DNA of 64,000 nt from Octopus sinensis. Lineage: Eukaryota. Below are positions 1 to 12,334 of the stretch, in pieces. The stretch is from positions 114,824,001-114,888,000 of the forward strand of contig NC_043003.1 in the NCBI RefSeq assembly GCF_006345805.1, written 5' to 3'. The notes beneath the pieces were generated by a model, which made no database searches, was not told the DNA's origin, and worked only from the letters and a program-made list of their open reading frames with translations. How positions within the stretch are numbered: position 1 is the stretch's first letter; every line of letters starts with the position of its first letter. A program made the translations under genes and the position numbers.

Positions 1-250
1 ATTATTTCCCTTATAACGGAAAAATCCCTGATTACCTTCCCCTGCCAGGAACTCCATATTTCACAGCATAGCAAAAACATGACACTATATAGATAAAGAA
101 ATTTGAGAATTTTGAAGAGAAAATACATTTCTACAAAAACTAAGTTGCTACACGCAAAGTATTAAAAAAAAAATTCTAAAATAACGATTTAAATATATTC
201 TTTAACCATACAACAAGCCTTTTGTAGTTTTTCATTCTTTTTTGTCTTTT

Positions 251-279
251 ATGTAATATATATATATAAATGTAAGTAT

Positions 280-329
<50 letters not shown>

Positions 330-493
330 TATATATATATATATATATACATGTATATATTTATATATATATGTATATATTTATATATACAGTATATATG
401 TATATATATATATATATATATGTATGTATATAAATATGTATATATATGTGTATATATACATGTATATACATGTGTGTATATACAAGTGTATAT

Positions 494-531
<38 letters not shown>

Positions 532-830
532 ATATAAATATGTATATATATATACATGTATATATAAATATGTATATATATATATATACATGTATATATA
601 AATATGTATATATATACATGTATATATAAATATATGCATATATATACATGTATATATAAATATATGTATATATATACATGTATATATAAATATATATATA
701 TACACACATATGTATATACATACATACGTATATATATGTATATATATATGTATATATATATATGTTTATACATACATATATATGTGTATATATGGAAATA
801 TATATATATGTCTACGTATACATATAGATG

Positions 831-862
<32 letters not shown>

Positions 863-882
863 CACATATATATATGTATGTG
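251..882. repeat. (TA)n / TATATATACATG compound microsatellite
   Basis: Directly visible low-complexity tandem repeat; explains the YI-rich ORFs. Confidence 0.97.
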
Positions 883-885
883 CAT

Positions 886-1566
886 GGTAATAAAATGCAG
901 ACGGCTAGCTGGATGGATCCTCCGAACTTTCAGAACAAGTGAGAAGGAGACACTGATGGTCCTTTGGAAGACATTCGTCCTCAGCTACTTGGTCTACTGC
1001 TCCCAAATATGGTCACCACACAATATTATGTTAACAGCAGAACTCGGAGCAATCCAATGATGCTACACTAAGAAGATCGTCTCAATGCAACATATCAGCT
1101 ACTGAGAAAGACTGGAAGGTGGGAGAGATATGCAGTGATATACATCTGGAAATTCCTGGAGGATCTTATCCCGAATTTTGGCATTGAAAGTTACCTCAAC
1201 AGCAATACGTGGCGCGACTGCATGGTGCCAAAGATCCAAACATCATCAAAATACAAGACCGAATACTGCAACAGCTTGGGTTCCAGGGGACCATATATCT
1301 TCAATATCCTTCCTAAATGCCTGAGAGACCTGCATGGTGTGGATGTGGTTTTCTTTAAAACTAAACTCGATCTCTTCTTGTCAGGGCTTCCAGATGAACC
1401 TACAATTCAGCAGGAAACACAGATGCGGGCAGCGGCGTCGAACTCCCTTGTTGACTGAGTGCCACGTATGAGAGTTGGTTTCACATATTAGTGTAGCACA
1501 TTCAACGGTGGTGCCGTAGCATGGCCGCAGCTTTCGGGCTGAAACACTTTTAAGGATTTAAGGATA
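886..1566 (+). mobile_element. 3' fragment of CR1/L2-group LINE (RT C-terminal region, 3' UTR and short tandem tail)
   Basis: Translations [11 protein letters not shown]...YCSQIWSPH...ELGAIQ and IYIWKFLE...IFNILPKCLRD...FKTKLDLFLSGLPDEP resemble CR1-group ORF2 C-termini; stops and frameshifts present; ends in TTTAAGGA repeats. Confidence 0.75.
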
Positions 1567-1959
1567 TATACCCATATAACGTGTCTATATATATCTATAT
1601 ATGTGTATATGTATATATATATACATATATGTATATATATATACATTACAACCACTCTGGCTTGGTTCCTCCGGGATACCACACTGGAGACCCTTATTTT
1701 CGTCACCGTCTTACCAAGGTTATGAAAAGCCCTTGAGCGATCAAGTGTCTGTAACCATGTAGTTGTCCTCCATCTAGCTGTTGCAAACAGTAACAGCTCT
1801 CTCACTTCTTTTGTCTACAGCTTACGATCACACATCTTGCGCTACTATAGCTTTCTTTCTTTTCTGCTCTCGCATTTATTAATCATGGTTTTACTCTGGG
1901 TAATAATTTTACCCCGGTGATCGGGTATTTTAACAAACATGGCCATGTAATATTGAACT

Positions 1960-2440
1960 TATAATATCTGCATATTCTTCCTTATGACCAAGGGAACTTC
2001 TGCACGGTCTGCCTCTCAAACGGTAATGGAAGACGAATATGACGTTGATGTACGTCAATTCTTTCAAAGACAGCTTTCCCTTCGTTTATTTCTGTATTAT
2101 ACTGGCCACCGTGGTCATCATCTTATCCCAGTATTTCTCTACCAGGGGATTAAGACCAAACCACACTCCAAGCAATTTAACGATCCGTCCAGCATCTCAC
2201 AATCCTTTTAGACATTAGAGACCCAAGCCCAGGGGCTATATTTGACCAACGAAAAAGTTGTATGCCCTGAACCCTTTTGACCTCGACCACCAAACAACCT
2301 CGTTTGGCATAGCATCCAGACCCCTATACAGTACGCGTTGAAAAGAGGGTGTTGGAAGGATCTTCAAGATGGTCTCCACCTACATTCAAATCCCTTGAAC
2401 AATAAACTACAAATGTTCGACGTTACTTCACAGATCATCA
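1960..2440 (-). mobile_element. Degenerate Tx1/L1-like RT fragment
   Basis: Frameshift-corrected minus-strand reading roughly DGSVKLLGVWFG...VEKYWDKMMTTVASIIQK...KLSLK, similar to the post-YADD region of Tx1 RTs. Confidence 0.5.
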
Positions 2441-2536
2441 ATACTCATTCATTGCACAAAAGCTTGATGATTGATTTGGCTGTTGTGTGCGCATCCCGGG
2501 AAATCTTGCCTGGTACTACAAACATATTAAGATATA

Positions 2537-2862
2537 CTAGTGCATGCATATACAGCTGCCTGCGTGCGCACATACACGCGAGTACTGTCCAAATCTCCGA
2601 CCTATCACATACAGCTAGCTGGCATTCAGTTGGCGTATCAATTTCGGGCATTTTGATTGGGTTTGGGATAGAAAATTCACAAAAAATCACTTCTATTGAT
2701 TTTTAATGGCCTTGCTGGGTGACTGGGGAAATGTAAAGATGTGCATGACCACCCTTTGACAGTTTTCAATGGCCATAGAAAGTGCGAGCTCTCTACCTGA
2801 AAAATTGTGGATTTGTATAAAGGACACACACAGAGACATTTTGCCGTTTATATATAGAGAGA
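2537..2862 (-). mobile_element. Non-autonomous Helitron
   Basis: Minus strand starts A|TCTCTCTATATATAAACGGC and ends CTAG|T; homologous over its length to 20750-21077. Confidence 0.85.
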
Positions 2863-3324
2863 TAAGAGCTAGGACAAAAATTACTGGAAATTGTTCATAG
2901 ACGTTTCCGGCCTGAAATTCCTCCCATGTAAACCAATCAGGTCGAAGCCTAAAATTTTCCCGAAATTACCATTTATTTTGTCGATCCTGGCATATTTTAA
3001 TCGGAGAGTGTAAACAGATGACAAATCAGGGAGGTGATAAGGTCCAAAACATTCAGTGCATCCCAGTGGATCTCTACTTACCCACGAATAGATTTTACCA
3101 TTTTACTACGAGTATTTCGCTTCAATTATTATATAATTAGTAATATTTTTAAGTGATTGCCCGTTTAATTATTTTCAATCTTTTTATTGCATAATGACGT
3201 CTCCTGTCTACTTATATAATTTTGTTGCTCATTTCCACATGCGCTTAATGCACATTGTAGTGTGTTACAGTGTTCAAGCTCGTCTGACTACTACTACAAA
3301 TAATAATATTGACAATGGTAATAC

Positions 3325-3592
3325 TAAACTATTATTATTATTATTATTAATATTTTCGTTATTATTATATTATTATTATTTTCATTATTATTATATTATT
3401 ATTATTTTCGTTATTATTATTATCTTCGTTATTATTATATTATTATATTATTATTATTTTCATTATTATTATTATTATTATTATATTATTATTATTGTTT
3501 TCATCATCATCATTATTATTATTATTTTCATCATCATTATTATTATTATTTTCCTCATCATCATTATTATTATTATTATTATTATTATATTT

Positions 3593-3651
<59 letters not shown>

Positions 3652-3836
3652 GTTTTCATCATCATCATTATTATTATTGTTTTCATCATCATCATTATTA
3701 TTATTATTTTCATCATCATTATTATTATTATTTTCCTCATCATCATCATTATTATTATTATTATTATTATTATTTCTATGTTCGTTATGATCATCATTAT
3801 TATTATTATTATTATTAATATTCGCCATAATCATCA
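3325..3836. repeat. (ATT)n/(ATC)n compound microsatellite
   Basis: Directly visible. Confidence 0.97.
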
Positions 3837-4658
3837 CTGCAGAATCGTAGTTGATCTTTAGTGTTTATATCTCTTTTGTTAAATTTATGAAAGGAATTAT
3901 ATTGTTGTTCTTGTTGTTATAGTTGTTGATCATGTAGCCGTTCCTGCAGCGGCTGTGGTTATTACATAATTAATTTTATTGATCGAATTAAATTACATTA
4001 ATAAAATTTCGTGAGCTTCTTTCTGACTTCCTCATAAACAAGCTTTTTGTCTTGTACAGTTAGGCTGAAAGACGAGAGTGACGGACAAAATGCCTTGTGG
4101 TATTATTAGCCATTACGTAAGGGGATCAAGTCACGCCTGAATCAACACTGTCTTCATCCTCCTGGGATTGATAAAACATAGGACCCAAATTTGAGGAATT
4201 GTGCTTATTTTTGAAATCAGTATTGACTTATTCTTGTAAACGGCATTGAGAGTCGGGTATCGTAGACGAACGAACTGTGGAATTAAGTACCTTTGCTGCA
4301 ATTCTGATCTTAGTGAGCTTCTTACATTTCAAGTTCCGGGTGGATGTATTTGTTGGAAATAAGAGTCATTAATGAATCTTATAAGAATTCTAATAAGAAT
4401 TCATAAATGTCCACGAAAAATGAGCAACGATTCTTTGTCGGAAGACTGTTGAAGAAGATGTTGCAATTACTCGATCCCGTATCGATAAAATATACACCGG
4501 TAATGCACTTGAGAATATTTACTCAAACACATTCTAGAAATTATTATTGCTATAGCTGTAAGTTAGGATTTAGCTTCGTTTTTATACAAATGAAATTCAG
4601 GTCTTATCCAGAGACCTCAAGAGATAAATTAGAAGTTACAGTTGGTATTAGGACTAAG

Positions 4659-5043
4659 GTGGAGGCGCAATGGCCCAGTGGTTAGAACAGCGGACTCGCG
4701 GTCATAGGATCGCGGTTTCGATTCCCAGACCGGGCGTTGTGAGTGTTTATTGAGCGAAAACACCTAAAGCTCCACGAGGCTCCGGCAGGGGATAGTGGTG
4801 ATCCCTTCTGTACTCTTTCACCACAACTTTCTCTCACTCTTACTTCCTGTTTCTGTTGTACCTGTATTTCAAAGGGCCGGCCTTGTCACTCTCTGTGTCA
4901 CGCTGAATATCCCCGAGAACTACGTTAAGGGTACACGTGTCTGTGGAGTGCTCAGCCACTTACACGTTAATTTCACGAGCAGGCTGTTCCGTTGATTCGG
5001 ATCAACCGGAACCCTCGTCGTCGTAACCGACAGAGTGCTTCCA
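4659..5043 (+). mobile_element. tRNA-derived SINE, family A
   Basis: A-box-like TGGCCCAGTGG and B-box-like GGTTTCGATTCC; near-identical copies at 5716 and 33263; flanked by duplication ATTAGGACTAAG(GTGG) at 4647 and 5044. Confidence 0.92.
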
Positions 5044-5394
5044 ATTAGGACTAAGGTGGTTGATATCTGACATATTTGTGGAAGATAATGTCAATCGAAA
5101 CACAAAATTAAAAGCTCGTTTTAAAAGTTATTTAGTGGGAAGATGATAGTGAAATCTGAAGATGACACTAAAATGTGTTGCTGTTATTTAAACTTAAAAA
5201 TACTTTTGCTAAAATGTTTGCAGGTTAAAATATTTTTGGAACTACATAAGACAAAATTTTTCTTAGGCTATGAGGAGTCCCTACGTGTACTAGTTATTGT
5301 TTTTTTTTCCATTTTTGGATTTCCTAAACTTTGAAATATGACAACAGGTAGTGTTCTAATCTTAAGTTTCTTCTATTATTGTTATTTCATGGTG

Positions 5395-5700
5395 CGCATG
5401 ACTGTTTTACATTCGGAATCAATGCCCTTGGTATCTGGTCATACCCTGTTTTCTTAGATACCGAGGTCCTTTTTTTAACAATCCTTGCAGTTTCCCGATT
5501 GAGCAGAATTCTGAATCAATGCCACTCTTGTAGTTACACTAATCTCAATAAGGGAACTGTTAAGTCTGTTGGGGACGGTCGAAACCCTTCACAGTCCTTT
5601 AATTTCCTAGCCAAATCCTAGTATTTTTCCATTTTCTCCTTTTCATTGAGCGCTACACTCATGTCTGCAAGATATAGACACAACTATGATTGTCAAGAAG
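5395..5700 (-). mobile_element. R4/Dong-like LINE C-terminal fragment
   Basis: Degenerate KEKMEKY.DLARKLK...IEISVTTRVALIQNSA...TARIVKK, typical of the restriction-like endonuclease end. Confidence 0.6.
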
Positions 5701-5715
5701 ATTAGTATCTGGTCG

Positions 5716-6102
5716 GTGGAGACGCAATGGCCCAGTGGTTAGAACAGCGGACTCGCGGTCATAGGATCGCGGTTTCGATTCCCAGACCGGGCGTTGTGAG
5801 TGTTTATTGAGCGAAAACACCTAAAAGCTCCACGAGGCTCCGGCAGGGGATGGTGGTTATCCCTGCTGTACTCTTTCACCACAACTTTCTCTCGCTCTTA
5901 CTTCCTGTTTCTGTTGTACCTGTATTTCAAAGGGCCGGCCTTGTCACTCTCTGTGTCACGCTGTATATCCCCGAGAACTACGTTAAGGGTGCACGTGTCT
6001 GTGGAGTGCTCAGCCACTTACACGTTAATTTCACGAGCAGGCTGTTCCGTTGATTCGGATCAACCGGAACCCTCATCGTCGTAACCGACGGAGTGCTTCC
6101 AC
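5716..6102 (+). mobile_element. tRNA-derived SINE, family A
   Basis: Near-identical to 4659-5043; 12 bp TSD AGTATCTGGTCG at 5704 and 6103. Confidence 0.93.
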
Positions 6103-6189
6103 AGTATCTGGTCGACTTGTATGAATTTCGCGATCAATTTGTACATTAAAATTCCATAGAAACAAAATGGCACAAGAAGAAACATTATG

Positions 6190-6880
6190 CTACACAATCA
6201 ATTCCATGTGGCCACAATTGAAGTAGCCGGAAGACGTAGGTGGAACTGGCCGAAGAAAGGAGCGATAAAGAAAGAAACTGATAACCAAGCTTTGGCCACA
6301 AATTGGAGAGCCAACCTTAGCAATGAGCAATTGTCTTCACTGTGCCGCATCTATAATAGAGTGGACGAAATCATTGCCCATATCGTGAACGAATGCCCTA
6401 CACTTCTCCAAAACCATTATAAGTTGTGGCGACACGATAAGGTGGGGAAAGAGCTGCGTTGGAAACTATGTGAAAAGTAGCATGTAGAGAGAAGCAAGAC
6501 GTGGTATGGGCATAAACCACAGAACGTGGCGGGGTCGGCGATTAGCAAAAGCCTCTGGGATTTCCAGATCCAAACATAATAGACCGGACCTAGTGGTGGT
6601 CTCAGGATAAACGACATGTGCTATATAATTGATGTCGGGTACGCCTTTTACCCACGAATGGTCAAGAAGGCGAAAAGATAGATATACACAATCGTGTTAA
6701 GTACGAAATAGACCGGCTTTGGAAAATGAAGAAGGGAAAGATGGTGCTAATTATTGCTGTGTACTTGGGAACAGTATCAGAAGGCATCAACAGGAATATA
6801 AGTGAAATAGGAATAGAGTACCCAGTAGAACTGTTACAAAAGGTCTGCCTCCTTGGCATGGCCAGAATAATCAGGAAAGC
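6190..6880 (+). mobile_element. R4/Dong-clade LINE 3' fragment (CCHC finger and RLE endonuclease)
   Basis: LCRIYNRVDEIIAHIVNECPTLLQNHYKLWRHDKVG (CCHC and RHD motif), then RPDLVV and LLQKVCLLGMARIIRK, followed by (AAT)n. Confidence 0.8.
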
Positions 6881-6902
6881 ATAATAATAATAACAAAAGT
6901 GG

Positions 6903-7460
6903 ATGCCCCGATGCAGTACCAGGCACTAAATTTTAACGCTTCTGATCTTAACTGATTGGAAATGTTATATACATGTATTGTCTTGGTATAAAAGATTGGC
7001 TACAGGAAATATTCCGCTCCATACCACAGATTTCCTTGTCAATTGTTTGACCGTAACCAGGTGAGCGTGTCCTTTAGGGGCTGATGATATGTGCATCTCT
7101 GATCACGAGCAAAAGTTGTTGGGGAGCATCATAGCCATATGTTGAGAGGAATTCTTTGGGGTTTGGATAATTCACATTTGGAAACATGGGTGTTTCGTTC
7201 AGCATCCTTTAACAACCCTTATTAAGGGATCTTTTGAGCGGGATGGGCTACTCGACCTGAAGAAAATTTTAACTGGGTCCCACCTGCAAGATCATGCGCT
7301 GTTTATCTTGATATGAGATCACTATGTTCCGCACAAATGGTTTTGATGCATGTGCCTGGTGTACCCTTATCAGACGGGTAGTCATGATGGGTATACTGGG
7401 CTTCGTATACTTGCACCCCAGTGTCACTCTGATAGCAAGCGCTGCTCTCTCACTCAGTAT
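6903..7460. repeat. Unclassified interspersed repeat (second partial copy at 57206-57333)
   Basis: GATGCAGTACCAGGCA...TTGTCTTGGTATAAAAGATTGGCTACAG...ATACCACAGATTT occurs at both loci, each following an (AAT)n tract. Confidence 0.7.
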
Positions 7461-7659
7461 TAATGATAATAATAATAATTCATAATAATAATAGTAACAA
7501 GAAGTCGGTGAAAAAATAATGGTTTCTAATTTCGGTAGAAGGTCATCAATTTTGTGGGGAGGGGTATGATCGATATCCATGACTCCAGTAGTTGTCTGGT
7601 ACTTCATCGAGTCCCGAACGATGATAGACAAAGTTGAGATTTGTAACCGGAATGTCAAG

Positions 7660-8240
7660 AGACGTCTGTCGGCCGTGTCTATAGTGGTGATTGCGCCGCC
7701 ACCCACCTTCAATCGGGCAGGTGAAGCAATTTTCCTTTGCTTGATGGCTGTGATGAAAGAGTTTGTTTGGTGGACAAGGCTGAAAGGCATGAGGACAGAT
7801 ACATTCCTCTTAGGTAGAACTTTGACTTCTTCAAGGTTCACTTGAAAAGGAAAACGAGAGTGGAGAGGGAAGTGTTGTCCTCGAGTGAGTTTACTGAAAG
7901 GAGGGTGAATATTTGCGAAAATGGTAAGGGTGGATGATACCTCTTTACGTGTAGACCTGTGAGTCGGAGAGAAGGAATTGTAGAGGGCACTTACTCATGG
8001 GGTTTCAGGGAAATGTCAGTCAGTGGGGTTCCTCGATTATCCCTAAAGGCGTTCCTGTGTCAGGAAGGTCACATCTCTATCATCCACTTCCCCTCTTTTT
8101 CTTTCTTTTTTTACCTTTGTATGCAATGCATATGCCCCTTCCCTTCCAGTGTACACTTGAGTATATCTTTTTATCATTTCATTATTATATCTGCCTCAGT
8201 ATTGTCCTAAACCTTTGCCCTGGTGGCAAGTAAGCGAAAT
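7660..8240 (+). mobile_element. Tx1/L1-like LINE 3' fragment with 3' UTR
   Basis: RLSAVSIVVIAPPPTF...AIFLCLMAVMKEFVWWTRLKG...FFKVHLKRK; homologous to 50741-51302; ends before an (ATT)n tract. Confidence 0.7.
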
Positions 8241-8560
8241 CATTATTATCATTATTGTTATTATTATTATTATTAGTAGTAGTAGTATTAGTCGTCGTCG
8301 TAGTAGTAGTAGTAGTAGGAGGAGGAGAAGCAACAGAAGCAGTAGTTGTACCGGCTGCAGCTGTAGTAGTAGTATGGTGATAGCAGTGGTGGCAATGATG
8401 ATGATAATGATGATGATAACGATGATAGTGGTGGTGTTGTTGTTGTTGGTGGTGGCGGCGGCGGTGGTGGTGGTAGTAGTGATGATGACGTGGGTGGCGA
8501 TGATGGTGACGATGCTGCTGCTGATGAAGTTGGTGATAACCGCAGCAACAATAATAATGA
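8240..8560. repeat. Mixed trinucleotide microsatellite (ATT/AGT/GAT/GGT)
   Basis: Directly visible. Confidence 0.9.
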
Positions 8561-9023
8561 TTGCCCATTACGGTATTAGCAATCTCCATTAATTAAGGCT
8601 TTTAACTTGATTGCTTACAGGGGCCGAGATCGTTGATGATATTGTATTCTGATATGTTATGTTTTGTTTCTACTTCTCTCGTTCTCCTGCTTGAAACAAT
8701 GAGTCAATCTGCGAGAAATTGATGGCGGTGGACGGGAAAATGGCAAGAGGAATCGAATCATGCAATGAACGAGGTTAAATTGATAAGAGAAGCTCAGCAA
8801 AATCATTCGATATTTGCTGAAATAATCCCTTTCCACATTTACCATGTTCTTCTTTGTCCTTTACTGCTGCTGACTGGTTGTTGTTTTTTTCTGATGCTAT
8901 CCTTTCTGATAATATACGTGTGTATAACTGTGCATGTGTTTGTGTGTGTATTCGTGCGTGCATGCCTGCATAACTCACGTACACATTTACACAAAAGCAT
9001 AATACACACACGCACACACACAC

Positions 9024-9063
<40 letters not shown>

Positions 9064-9683
9064 CGTACACGCAAGTATCGATATTTATATACATATATAG
9101 ACAGACATGCACAGGAATATTTATATAAATCTCATTTGGGGATGTATATGTGGATATATATATATATATTAAAGATAAATACAGTATTATGCACAAATGC
9201 ATAACGCTCACGTATACATACACGTGTATAGTTATTGCTGAATATAAATTGAATATATATATATATTAATCAGTGTAAAGAGTCTTAAGATAGACTTTCA
9301 TAGCAACAGCATGGATAACAATAAGAAAATTTTGAGAAGTAGAAGATACCAACAGAGAAAAGGAAAATGGTGTCCGCACAAAATTCTATCAAAATCGTGC
9401 ATTAAAATATCCCAAATATATTATATTCAATCAATTGTGTAGACACCTAAGATCCATAACTAAAAACTATATAAATCACTGATTCAGATTTCAATAAAAG
9501 TTATGTTTGGGCTTCTCTCTCTCTCTGTTTCTCTCTCCCTCTCTCACTTTCAAAATTTTGCCATCGTCCTAAAGTCGTTATTCAAAGTAGGACTTACCTA
9601 ACGAGGTTATGCGAACCACTGTCAACGATATTTAATTTCAATAATCTAACAAGGGAAATGTTGTCCTCGCGCAAATTCATCTT

Positions 9684-10107
9684 GGATCTTTTCGGTTTGA
9701 ACGGCAGTTTTTTCGAGCGGTGTCATATGAAATTGTCACCCATAATTATGACCCTAAAATCGATCTATTGCATTTCAATCTCTTTTAGGGTTAGGGTTAG
9801 TTAGGTTTAGGGGTGGGGGAAGGGTATATTTTTTTCTTCACAAATGTAAATAAACCCAATCTGTTTCTTAAACGAGGGACATATTCATACGGCACAGAAT
9901 GTTTTTTTAACTCAATACACGTCATTGATTGGTTGAAATTGCAGAAATTGAAGAAAAACAACAAATATCTTACAAACTATAGAATTTTTTCAATAAAGTC
10001 AAGAGAAAAAGATGTTTTATAAACACATTCTACCAGTATACGAAGTTTAAAATTTTTTAGTTACCTAGAAATTATGTTAAAAACTGCCGTTCAAACCGAA
10101 AAGATCC
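9684..10107. mobile_element. MITE with ~29 bp TIRs (GGATCTTTTCGGTTTGAACGGCAGTTTTT) and 8 bp TSD
   Basis: Perfect TIRs; TSD TTCATCTT at 9676-9683 and 10108-10115; further copies in the window. Confidence 0.93.
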
Positions 10108-10721
10108 TTCATCTTTAATTTAAGTGATACCTAAAAACAAAAACAAGAAACTACTCAGGTTTTGCTGATTAAAAAAATCTTTGTCGCTTGCTTTTTCGGT
10201 CTTCTTGAATAGATTCCTCATGCAAACAAAAAAAGGGAATTATCCTGTCAGGATAATTTTTACAATGGATTATTTTAATAACAAGATTAGTGCTACTTTT
10301 TAAAAACATTGTTAGATATAACTTAAGGCAGCAATATCCCAGCATTCCTTTCAGCGGGAATACTTCCGGTTGACAAATATTCCAGCCTGTAGAGTTGATC
10401 TTGTATTGAACATAGTTATTTTGAAGTTGTCCATAATCTGTGCACCGGTTTATACGGAGGCACACTCTGCTTAGTTACTTCTCATTATTCCATATAATAT
10501 CCTCCCTCCTGTCCGATATTGACTGTCTATAGAATACATGATTCGAACTTTCAACTATTTCATTGTCAGACCTGTCGGTGGTTTGCGAACTCTGCGCACA
10601 AGACAGATGACATGCTCTCCAATTTGGTCAACAATTGAACTGTGATTCCAGTTCAACTGAGAAACGGAATAGAGAGAAAGAGATCAAACTATACTTGACA
10701 CATGGTCGGCACAGGTGTTAG

Positions 10722-11118
10722 AGATCCTTTCGGTTTGAACGGCAGTTTTTAACATAATTTCTCGGTAACTAAAAAATGTTAAACTTCGTATACTGGTAGA
10801 ATGTATTTATAAAACATCTTTTTCTCTTGGCTTTATTGAGAAAATTCTATGGTTTGTAAGATATTTGTTTTTCTTTTAAAATTTCTGCAATTTCAATCAA
10901 TCACTGGCGTCTATTGAGTTAAAAAAAAACATTCTGTGCCGTATGAATATGTCCCTCGTTTAAGAAACAGATTGGGTTTATGTACATTTGTGAAGAAAAA
11001 AATAACACTAACCCTAATATAGATTGAAATGCAATAGATCGATACTAGGGTCATAATTATGGGTGACAATTTCATATGACACCGCTAGAAAAAACTGCCG
11101 TTCAAACCGAAAAGATCC
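10722..11118. mobile_element. MITE, same family, opposite orientation
   Basis: Reverse complement of 9684-10107 with a small internal deletion; left TIR slightly degenerate; no clear TSD. Confidence 0.9.
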
Positions 11119-12334
11119 AAGGATAGTTTTGAAGCGAAAAGGTTTCGCAGAGGAAAGTTAGTTAGTAAAAAAGTGAAATGTTTCGTCATGGATGGTATGC
11201 GTTGATAACTGGACAGGAACAAATTGACTAACCCTCAGAACTAGAAAGTTTGCTGCGAAAATGTTTATATGGGTAGACAGTAACGATTATGTCAATCAAT
11301 ACATGCCACAACAACGATTAGAGCAACGAAATAAATCTTTATTAATTTAATTAAGCATTTTGTAAACAAGAGCCAGATTGTAAGCAGCAAATGCAACATA
11401 TTCAGAAAAGTGACGACAAAATCATACATCACAGACTATAACAACAGCGGCAACAACATCAACAACAACTATAGCAGCTACAAGAAGCAGGCTGAATTCT
11501 CAAACGGTTTGGGAATGGAGAACACTGAGCGGACGGAGCAGACAAAATATAGCAAATATAACTGGGGTATAGAAATCTACACCAAATTTTCCTTTAACTC
11601 TCTGTACAGAGAGTTAAAGGAAAAATTGCGTATGGCAAAATCTTTTCTAAAAGAGGACAGCTAATGGAACATTGCCAGCGACATTTGGGATCATACCAAT
11701 TGTTTTCATAACATTTTTAACGCTTTGAATTAAATGTGACCATTTTGCGTTGAGTCTGCAGTTCGAATCACTTTAACCAAATTTTAGCAGGCCGGATTTT
11801 TGATCATCACGATACATCGCCAGCGACTCCCTGAAACTCTCTCCTGAAATCCCTGTTGGGATATACTGATCTAAAAGAATAATTCAACAATGCAATTATT
11901 TGATCAACAAAAATTTATGAAACGCTTCTACGTACTTCTTATTGAGGAAATGGAACACATAAGCGCAAAAATAGAGGGCATTAAATGCTTGATTTTAAAA
12001 CCAAAATAATTGAATTTTGATTGAACTTCATCCAAGTTTAGCTTAATTCGTGCGTTCATAGAACGCACGAGCGCACGAGCCGGGCAATAATGCTAGTATA
12101 TATGTATATATATATACATATAAGATTTAAGGATCGAGGTGTAGGAAGAAAGAGAGCTTCAAGCAATTCGTAGTAAATATAAAAAACAACTTTCAGAGAC
12201 AATAATGGTTTATTGAAATAGAAGGTTGTGGATTTGTTTCGTATCGACGTAGGATAAACGGTAAAAAAGTTCTTTTTATATTTCACGGTAGGCGATCAGG
12301 GTTTCTGGTTATGCGAATAAGAATTCAAAAGTTA

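Noticed and set aside
176-1060. Long YI/IY-rich ORFs here and at many other microsatellites (poly-I, poly-N, poly-V, poly-H ORFs)
   Set aside because: They are translations of stop-free di- and trinucleotide microsatellites, open in several frames and on both strands.
4659-4735. tRNA genes at SINE heads
   Set aside because: A and B boxes are present, but they continue into SINE bodies flanked by TSDs, and no complete cloverleaf is evident.
8200-8229. Apparent 30 nt micro-exon (cag|YCPKPLPWWQ|gtaagc)
   Set aside because: It coincides with the 3' end of the Tx1-like LINE; the GTAAG matches a mutated AATAAA region seen in the 50741 copy.
9786-9812. TTAGGG repeats as a telomere or fusion site
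   Set aside because: Only 2-3 units, and they are an internal part of the MITE seen in its other copies.
10440-10640. Possible mariner transposase HTH remnant on the minus strand
   Set aside because: Only vague similarity across frameshifts; no diagnostic WVP or DD34D motif or TIR seen.
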